IMG/VR virus record: IMGVR_UViG_3300031565_000020
Span: 758-64,757 of that record
Reading direction: 5' to 3' (one strand)
From: a virus
Lineage: Duplodnaviria > Caudoviricetes
DNA length: 64,000 nt
Shown one piece after another: positions 57,177 to 64,000 of the stretch (its first letter is position 1; the number at the start of each line of letters is the position of its first letter). The notes under the pieces were generated by a model. It saw nothing but the letters and a program-made list of their open reading frames with translations, was not told the DNA's origin and ran no database searches. The position numbers and the translations under genes are program-made.

Positions 57177-57446
57177 ATGAATACAGAAGACCATGAATTT
57201 ATTAATGGCCTTTGCAATCTTGCAGGGGCCATTGCATATTTGAAAAAAAACAAAAAGCCCATGAATTCCGGGACATTCAAAAACTGGTTTCAGCAAATTG
57301 GATGGTCAGACCAAATAGGATATATGCGAATATACAAAAAAAGTGATTTGGATAAAATAATTAAAGGTGTTGTAAAATATGGAGAATGGAAAGCCGAAGA
57401 CCACAGGAAAAAAATTAAAAGTAACAAAGATAGAAAAAATAATTAA
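57177..57446 (+). CDS. small putative DNA-binding protein
   Basis: 89 aa; A..YL...T...W...RIYKKSDLD pattern recalls MerR/excisionase-like HTH. Confidence 0.5.
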   Translation: MNTEDHEFINGLCNLAGAIAYLKKNKKPMNSGTFKNWFQQIGWSDQIGYMRIYKKSDLDKIIKGVVKYGEWKAEDHRKKIKSNKDRKNN

Positions 57447-58437
57447 AAAAGCAATGAGGCGAAAGCCATTAGTTGAATTTATCACAACCGGCTGTGATAT
57501 GTATGATCTGGTGTTGGGCGGGGGTTACATTCAGGGTGGGCTCATAAACATCGTAGGTGATAAATCAACATGCAAGTCATTACTGGCTACTGAGTGTGTA
57601 GCGGCCAACAGGGATGTGCCGCACCAATATTTTGATGAGGAATCCGGCGCAAAATTTGACACACAAGCTGTATACGGTATGGACATATATGCCGAAGTGG
57701 TGCCAGAAACATTAGAAGAATTTGCATATTCGACCTTCCCTGTTTTTTATAGAGACAAACAACAGTCACTAACTGTTGTAGACAGTTATGATGCATTACA
57801 AAGCAAAGCTGCACGGATACGACAGCAGGAAGAGGAACAGCGGTACAAAAAAAATCAAGACCCTGATCCGGAAAATAAAGGTTCTTACAAACTTGAAAAG
57901 CCCAAATTACTGAAAGAATTTCTGGGCTCCCATATTGTGGCTATGCAAAAGAAAAAAGCGACGTTAATTTTTATATCCCAGTTGATAGCGAACCTGGACA
58001 ATCTTATGTACAAACCTAAGCACAAGAGAACGGGTGGTAAAGCACTCGATTTCTATTCAAGTCAAATAATCTGGCTAAGAGAGGTAGAAAAGCACTTCAA
58101 AAAAGGGCGGGCAATAGGCGTTACTGTCGAGATCCGAACCGAAAAATGTAGAAGCGCGACACCTTTTCGAAGTTGTTATATACAAGTATTGTTTGGCTAT
58201 GGTGTTGATAATGTCACAACTAATCTTTTATTTCTGTATGACATGTATACAGCGAAAGAGGGGAAATTAAAAAAAAGCGCAACTGTTGTATGGGATGGTG
58301 TGGAGATGACATTAGATCAGGCTGTCGAGCATATCGAAGTGAATAACCAGGAAGCGGAATTAAAAAAAAGAATCGTTGAAAAGTGGCATAAGATAGAAAA
58401 CGAGATTGGACCTGGCAAGCGGAAAAGGAAATATTAA
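57379..58437 (+). CDS. RecA/UvsX-like recombinase
   Basis: TG....D..LGGG...G, GDKSTCKS, VVDS, LIFISQ, GGKAL.FYSS. Confidence 0.9.
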   Translation: MENGKPKTTGKKLKVTKIEKIIKKAMRRKPLVEFITTGCDMYDLVLGGGYIQGGLINIVGDKSTCKSLLATECVAANRDVPHQYFDEESGAKFDTQAVYGMDIYAEVVPETLEEFAYSTFPVFYRDKQQSLTVVDSYDALQSKAARIRQQEEEQRYKKNQDPDPENKGSYKLEKPKLLKEFLGSHIVAMQKKKATLIFISQLIANLDNLMYKPKHKRTGGKALDFYSSQIIWLREVEKHFKKGRAIGVTVEIRTEKCRSATPFRSCYIQVLFGYGVDNVTTNLLFLYDMYTAKEGKLKKSATVVWDGVEMTLDQAVEHIEVNNQEAELKKRIVEKWHKIENEIGPGKRKRKY

Positions 58438-58438
58438 A

Positions 58439-59029
58439 ATGAAGAAGGGTGGGAGTAAAAATAAAGGTAATGCTTTTGAAAGAGAGGTAGCAAAAAAACT
58501 TAGTTTGTGGCTAACAGATAATGTATTATCTGATGCCGTATGGCGGTCGGACACATCCGGCGGACGTTCTACTTTGCGCATAAAGAAAGGTGAGAAAAAA
58601 ACACAGAACATGATTGATAATGCCGGAGATTTGAAATCAGTTATACCGCAAGGACAATATGACAATCTTGATAGATTTTTTAATCAGTTTTGTGTCGAGC
58701 TTAAATTTTATAAAGAAATTAATATGCGTATACCATTAAAAGGGCATCTGGTCAAGTTTTTTGACCAGTGTTTACAGCAGCAAGCACAAACACAGAAAGA
58801 CATATTTTTAGTTGTAAAATCTAATCGTAAAAAAACACTTATTTTTACAAGTATATACATTAAATGTGGTAATCGTTTATCTTTGTATATATATAAAGAT
58901 AAGGGTTTTCACTGCTATCTTTTAGACGATTTTTTTGTAGACACAAAAGATTGTGATTGTAGTAGTAGGATACCTGGTACTTTTTGCTTTTTGGATGGAT
59001 CTTTATATGTTAACAAAACTGATAATTGA
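58439..59029 (+). CDS. Holliday junction resolvase-like PD-(D/E)xK nuclease
   Basis: K.KG..FER.VAK.L, SGG, GDL, VELK. Confidence 0.75.
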   Translation: MKKGGSKNKGNAFEREVAKKLSLWLTDNVLSDAVWRSDTSGGRSTLRIKKGEKKTQNMIDNAGDLKSVIPQGQYDNLDRFFNQFCVELKFYKEINMRIPLKGHLVKFFDQCLQQQAQTQKDIFLVVKSNRKKTLIFTSIYIKCGNRLSLYIYKDKGFHCYLLDDFFVDTKDCDCSSRIPGTFCFLDGSLYVNKTDN

Positions 59030-59891
59030 AAATATACAGAGTCATAAGCACACTGTAACAAATTTCAAGTCTGGAATCAATGCCATTATAGGCCCATCTG
59101 GAACGGGGAAAAGTGCGCTGGTGAGGTCGATAATAATAAACCTCACCAACCAGCCGGCGCAAATGCAATCACAGTTAATCAGACATGGCGAGAAAGGTTA
59201 TTGTATAACCACAGAAGATGATAGAAACAACAGCATAACCCGTAAAAAAGCACCCGGTATAAATCAATATATTGTGAATGATAATGTATTGGAAGCGGTT
59301 AATAAATCCGTACCTGTTGACGTGCAGGATATATTTAATTTTACAGAAATTAATTATTCCAGTCAATTATCAGGTGCTTTTTTATTTCATTTTACTTCGG
59401 GTGAGATTGGAAAATACATTAATAGCATTGTGGACCTTGACATAATGACCAACTGTCTATCAAACATAGAAAAGCGAAAAAATAAAGAAAGTAGAAATAT
59501 AGAGCAGCTTGAAAAAGAGCTTACAGAAAAAGAGACAGAGTTAGAAAGGTATGCCGGGTTATCAGACATGGTGAAAGACATCAAAAAACTTAAAAAATTA
59601 GATAATAAAAAGAATACAATAATAAAGCTTATAAGCAATCTAAAAAAATTGTATGGTCAATATATTGAATGTAAGCAAAAACATACTGTTGGTATACCGA
59701 CAATGCCTGAAAAGTTATTGGCTGAGTACCAGGCGATTGACCAGAAGATTGTTCTGTTATCAGAGTATAGTGATTTGAAAGATCTGTATGATAATGGAAA
59801 TAAGCACTTACAGCAAATGGAGAAAGAGCTCAAAAGACTTACACCCGATAATATTTGCCCTTTATGCGGGAAAGAAGGAATTAACAGATGA
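59007..59891 (+). CDS. Rad50/SbcC N-terminal half
   Basis: IENIQSH, GPSGTGKS Walker A, Q-loop, coiled coil ending at CPLCG hook. Confidence 0.85.
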   Translation: MLTKLIIENIQSHKHTVTNFKSGINAIIGPSGTGKSALVRSIIINLTNQPAQMQSQLIRHGEKGYCITTEDDRNNSITRKKAPGINQYIVNDNVLEAVNKSVPVDVQDIFNFTEINYSSQLSGAFLFHFTSGEIGKYINSIVDLDIMTNCLSNIEKRKNKESRNIEQLEKELTEKETELERYAGLSDMVKDIKKLKKLDNKKNTIIKLISNLKKLYGQYIECKQKHTVGIPTMPEKLLAEYQAIDQKIVLLSEYSDLKDLYDNGNKHLQQMEKELKRLTPDNICPLCGKEGINR

Positions 59892-60022
59892 AATTAGCAA
59901 TAGTAGGATCAAGAGGTTTCTACAACGTTAACGATTATAACAAGGTGCAGGATGCTATACATAGATTTTTTATTGATACAGCTATCAAGTTACAGAAACT
60001 GGTAATAATAATGCCAATATAA
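59888..60022 (+). pseudogene. internally deleted SLOG/YspA-like gene
   Basis: 44 aa MKLAIVGSRGF...DY joined to I..A.KL.K.V.I end; central GGA.G.D region absent. Confidence 0.5.
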
Positions 60023-60034
60023 AGGAAGGCAAAA

Positions 60035-60823
60035 ATGAAATTATTATTTACAGCTGATTGGCACATTAGAACCACACAGCCCGTAAATCGAATTGACGAT
60101 TTTTTACTGCTACAAAAAGAAACTGTAAAATTCATATACGATACTGCATTTGATAATCATGTTGATTATGTAGTTATTGCTGGTGATCTTTTCCATTGCG
60201 CAAGGGACCGATATCCACAGGAAATGTTAATCTTTCTTAATGATAGCATGTTACAGTTTTCTACTGTGTACATACCGGGTAATCACGATCTGTTATACCA
60301 TGCAGACACTAAGGAATATATGTCAAATATAGGATTGCTTAATCGTATGTCTGACAGATCAGACATACCGAACAATATTGATGTCTATCATCAATATTGT
60401 TCAATTGTGGTACCACCATATATCGAAAAAGGCACCACTGCAAAAGATCTATGCGAACAGTCAATCAAAGACGTTATATTAGTTGGTGATAATCACCAAT
60501 CATTTGTGTATCGGCACCCGGAAACTATGCAATTATTAGTTAATCCTGGTTGTATCACGCGCCAAAAGCTATCAGAGAAAGATTACAAACCCTCAATATA
60601 TATTTATGATTTTGATAATAAAAGCGCACAGCGTGTGTATCTCTTAGATAAGAGAGATAACGTGTTTGCAGAAAATAGAGCAAAAAACTTGAAATCAATA
60701 GAATCATATCGACGCATTGACGGTGTTGAAGGTCTTGATTTTGAAGAAAAAATATTAAATTATAATAAAAAAATGATGGTAAAAGAACCTGTCAAGGCAA
60801 TAATCATGGAGTGTTTGTCATGA
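60035..60823 (+). CDS. Mre11/SbcD-like metallophosphoesterase nuclease
   Basis: ADWH, AGDLF, GNHD, GDNH, NPG. Confidence 0.9.
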   Translation: MKLLFTADWHIRTTQPVNRIDDFLLLQKETVKFIYDTAFDNHVDYVVIAGDLFHCARDRYPQEMLIFLNDSMLQFSTVYIPGNHDLLYHADTKEYMSNIGLLNRMSDRSDIPNNIDVYHQYCSIVVPPYIEKGTTAKDLCEQSIKDVILVGDNHQSFVYRHPETMQLLVNPGCITRQKLSEKDYKPSIYIYDFDNKSAQRVYLLDKRDNVFAENRAKNLKSIESYRRIDGVEGLDFEEKILNYNKKMMVKEPVKAIIMECLS

Positions 60824-61056
60824 ATGACATTGTTGTAGCGTATACAGCACTTACAAAAAGAATAGAAAGAAATAATACAAAGCAGGCCGAATTAGCAGGG
60901 CAGCTAAAAGCACTACAAAAAGAGTTAACCGGTGCAGGGCTTACGGCATTTGAATCGGTCCCAGAAGAGTTGAAAATATTGGAAGCGAAGAAACAAAAAA
61001 TCGCAAAAAAATTAAATAAGATACTTGACAAAATAGGTAGAGTATTGAATGATTGA
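60820..61056 (+). CDS. small coiled-coil protein
   Basis: 78 aa heptad-rich, between Mre11 and Rad50-C. Confidence 0.65.
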   Translation: MNDIVVAYTALTKRIERNNTKQAELAGQLKALQKELTGAGLTAFESVPEELKILEAKKQKIAKKLNKILDKIGRVLND

Positions 61057-61654
61057 CTGTATTATAGAGAAAGTGAATGAGAGAAAAGGTGCGTACAAAC
61101 TCTTACAGCAGCAAAAGAATAAAATAAAAGAAAGCCTTACAATTGAACGACAACAAAACAATTACACCTGCGAGGCCTTGGAAATAATTCAAAAATTAGC
61201 ATTGGAAACACAAGAGCAGTTAACTTTTCATATAACGGACATGGTTAATTTTGCCGTTAGTCAGATTCCGTTTCAGGCGGCATACACATTCGAAGCAAAA
61301 TTTCTTATTAAGAATAATAAGCCAGCCTGTGAATTTTTTTATGTTCGGGACGGGCAAAAGATGCAGCCCAAATTTGATAGCGGTGGTCTACTTGACGTGG
61401 TGTCATTGGCTTTACGGTTATCGCTGTGGAGTTTAAAAAAGGGTAAGAAGTCCAATATATTTATACTGGACGAGCCTTTCAAACATCTATCAGATGATTT
61501 ACTTCCATACGCTTGTGATATGCTAAGAGTGTTAACGGACAAATTACAATTACAAGTGATCTTGATTACACAAAAAAGAGATTTTGAAAATATAGCGGAC
61601 AACATACTACACACAATATTAGAAGATACAGAAACCACAATTAAGGCTTTATGA
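61049..61654 (+). CDS. Rad50/SbcC C-terminal half
   Basis: SGG signature, SLALR, ILDEPF Walker B/D-loop, LITQ. Confidence 0.85.
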   Translation: MIDCIIEKVNERKGAYKLLQQQKNKIKESLTIERQQNNYTCEALEIIQKLALETQEQLTFHITDMVNFAVSQIPFQAAYTFEAKFLIKNNKPACEFFYVRDGQKMQPKFDSGGLLDVVSLALRLSLWSLKKGKKSNIFILDEPFKHLSDDLLPYACDMLRVLTDKLQLQVILITQKRDFENIADNILHTILEDTETTIKAL

Positions 61655-62299
61655 ATGATTGAAAAGAAAAAAAGAGTGACACGAAAAGAAACCAAAGTCA
61701 GATCCTTACAAATATGTAAGGATCTTATTGGTGATAAGGTATACAAAGAGTTAAAGGCTGCAGGTTTAGAACCGCGAGAAATTAAATTTTGTGCAATATA
61801 TACACATACACTTGATGTTGTAGAGGCGTACCAGCAGTATAGTTTGCGGGGTGTGACAGAAAAAACAGCGTATCAATCGGGTAATGCATTATTACAGATA
61901 CAGCATATTAAGAAAGCAATTAACATGTTAATTAATAGAGCGTTTGATGCACTGAAACCAATATTGAAAAAAGAAATTATCGAAACTCTTCGACTACGCG
62001 CCTTTTATGACGTCGCTGCATTTGTGAATGAGGATGGTACAGCAAAGAAAATCAATGAAATAGACAAGTCATTAAGGAAGTCTGTCATTGACGGTGTAGA
62101 GCGCAAGCATTACGGAAAAGATGGTAACGAGATCGAAACTGTGTTGAAGCTGGCAAATAGAGATAAGGCACTGACTGAGATCATAGCCATTATAAATTTG
62201 ATAAATAAAGTAGAAAATAACACTGTAATAGGCATTAACGCAGAAGCACAAAAGACATTAATAAATATTTTCAGTGCGCGGAAAGATAATAATGAATGA
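61655..62299 (+). CDS. terminase small subunit
   Basis: F...Y.....AY...TA.......LL, KL..RDKAL; directly upstream of TerL. Confidence 0.75.
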   Translation: MIEKKKRVTRKETKVRSLQICKDLIGDKVYKELKAAGLEPREIKFCAIYTHTLDVVEAYQQYSLRGVTEKTAYQSGNALLQIQHIKKAINMLINRAFDALKPILKKEIIETLRLRAFYDVAAFVNEDGTAKKINEIDKSLRKSVIDGVERKHYGKDGNEIETVLKLANRDKALTEIIAIINLINKVENNTVIGINAEAQKTLINIFSARKDNNE

Positions 62300-63596
62300 T
62301 GATGTACTTGAAGCAATAGACCTTGAATACATTCGAGATAATCCATATGTATTAGGCCATTTGGCAGGGTTCACAAAACTTACACCCCTACATTCGGAGT
62401 GGATTAAGTATATTTGGAATCCTCAACAAGAAAAAAGAGCTTTACAGGCCCACCGCTATAGTTACAAAACCACAGCGATAATAGTAATTGGTGTAATATA
62501 TTGGCTTCTTTTTCATCCTAACGCTACAATAGGTATTGTTAGAAAAACCGTGACAGACGCGCAAGAATGTCTTAGAAATATATCCACACTGATGCAAAAG
62601 GACGAATTCAAAGCAATTTTTTTGAAAGCACACGGCATAACGCCCCGACTGGAAGAGGATAACGCCAACACATTAAGATTTAATTTCAAAGAAACCGTCA
62701 CCAGGGAAGGCTCTGTAAATGCCTACGGCATCAAGACAGGCGCAACCGGGAAACATGTCGATGCCGCTATATGTGATGATTTTGTAACGATCGATGATAA
62801 AATTAGTGTGGCAGAAAGAAAAAGAACTGCTGCAATGATGGAAGAATTGATTATCAATGTACTTAATCCGGCAGGTCTTATAGGGTTCATTGGTACGCCC
62901 TGGCATCGTAACGACTGTTGGAGTTTGAAAGCCATACCGGAACCGAAACAATGGGATGTGAACAGTACAGACATATTGACAGAAGTGGAAAAAGCGGATA
63001 AACGAAAAAACACAACGGCTATCACATGGGCGGCTAATTACCTATTGAAGCACGTATCCAGCGAAGACGCGTTGTTTAAAAATCCTCATTATGCAAAATG
63101 GCAATACCAGCACAAAAAAGCAATAGGGCATATAGACAAAGCGTATAGCGGCAATGACACAACGGCTATTACATTTTGTGAGAAGAAACCAGATGGTAGA
63201 TACCAGGTTATAGGGCTGGTGTTTACTGCAAATATAAAAGATAAATGGGATTTTATCTTACAGAAATACAAACAGTTTTATGTAGGCACTGTGCACACTG
63301 AGAACAATGATGATAAAGGTTTTGCAACCGATGAACTACGAAAGAAAGGAATTCTTGCAAGCGACTATCACGAGCACATGAACAAGCATGTCAAAATACA
63401 AACCTACTTACTTGAAAATGGCTTCTTTGATTTGATTGATTTTGATATTGAATTATCAGATCCGGAATATATCACACAGGTACTTGATTATGTAGAGAAT
63501 TCCACACCTGATGACGCGCCGGATTCGCTTGCATGCATTGGCCGTATTCTAATAGGCAAAGATGCACAGTTTATTGAGCGTTGGAAAAATAAATAA
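62292..63596 (+). CDS. terminase large subunit
   Basis: R.SYKTT Walker A-like, TG.H.D..I.DD, IGTPWH..D, nuclease ID.AY.G.D.TA and DDAPDS. Confidence 0.88.
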   Translation: MNDDVLEAIDLEYIRDNPYVLGHLAGFTKLTPLHSEWIKYIWNPQQEKRALQAHRYSYKTTAIIVIGVIYWLLFHPNATIGIVRKTVTDAQECLRNISTLMQKDEFKAIFLKAHGITPRLEEDNANTLRFNFKETVTREGSVNAYGIKTGATGKHVDAAICDDFVTIDDKISVAERKRTAAMMEELIINVLNPAGLIGFIGTPWHRNDCWSLKAIPEPKQWDVNSTDILTEVEKADKRKNTTAITWAANYLLKHVSSEDALFKNPHYAKWQYQHKKAIGHIDKAYSGNDTTAITFCEKKPDGRYQVIGLVFTANIKDKWDFILQKYKQFYVGTVHTENNDDKGFATDELRKKGILASDYHEHMNKHVKIQTYLLENGFFDLIDFDIELSDPEYITQVLDYVENSTPDDAPDSLACIGRILIGKDAQFIERWKNK

Positions 63597-63651
63597 AGTT
63601 TTTGTTGACAAGGATAAGAAAATATAGTATCAATATAGAAAAGGAAAGCGG

Positions 63652-63933
63652 ATGAATAGAAACGAAAAATTGTTAAAAATATTAAAGTATAAAGGTACAG
63701 CCACACAAATTTTAAAATTTTGTGAAGAGGCTGCCGAAGCCATACAGGCAGTAGCAAAGGCGGACCGGGAAAAGATTATTGAAGAATTTGCCGACTTGGA
63801 AAACCTAAAAGCACAAATACAAATTATGTATACAATTACAAGTAAAGAGATCCGAGACATGCAAGACAAAAAAATAACCCGGCAATTGGACCGGATCAAA
63901 AAAGAAAAGGATGGTAGGAATGAAAAAAGATAA
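63652..63933 (+). CDS. MazG-like nucleotide pyrophosphohydrolase
   Basis: Q..K..EE.AE.IQA..K....I.EE.AD. Confidence 0.7.
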   Translation: MNRNEKLLKILKYKGTATQILKFCEEAAEAIQAVAKADREKIIEEFADLENLKAQIQIMYTITSKEIRDMQDKKITRQLDRIKKEKDGRNEKR

Positions 63934-64000
63934 GTTTGAAAAAAAATGTAATGATTGGTTTAAACGATGTACAGATGATTTGGGGATTAATTCGCAATAT
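63920..64000 (+). CDS. ORF truncated by window end
   Basis: ATG 63920 open to the end (MKKDKFEKKCNDWFKRC...). Confidence 0.5.
   Translation, partial: MKKDKFEKKCNDWFKRCTDDLGINSQY

Noticed and set aside
1-64000. Stop-codon reassignment
   Set aside because: Core genes are full length in the standard code and TAA, TAG and TGA all end genes at coupled junctions

Overview
The window is an AT-rich, apparently lytic tailed phage with a contractile tail (myovirus-type), probably close to a whole genome. All functional calls come from motif and gene-order recognition, not database searches. Layout: 1-10.8 kb early/accessory genes behind repeated sigma70-type promoters; 10.9-34.8 kb head, neck, sheath/tube, tape measure, baseplate and tail fibre genes; 35.0-46.3 kb a minus-strand block (LRR genes, adenine methyltransferase, primase, SF2 helicase); 46.7-48.1 kb a rep-like gene; 48.2-49.8 kb a largely non-coding structured-RNA island; 49.8-61.7 kb replication/recombination genes (helicase, clamp, UDG-PolA, clamp loader, SSB, RecA, resolvase, split Rad50 with Mre11); 61.7-63.6 kb terminase. 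No intact integrase, reverse transcriptase, CRISPR array or canonical endolysin was seen. Two candidate novel systems stand out. (1) A tandem array of seven internalin-type LRR genes (35041-39866) with shared N- and C-caps and 3-8 shuffled 66-bp modules that vary mainly at binding-face positions, resembling a variable-receptor repertoire. (2) An RNA island with a ~490-nt nested-stem RNA, two aberrant tRNA-like elements, an anticodon-loop mimic and one canonical-looking tRNA-Glu.
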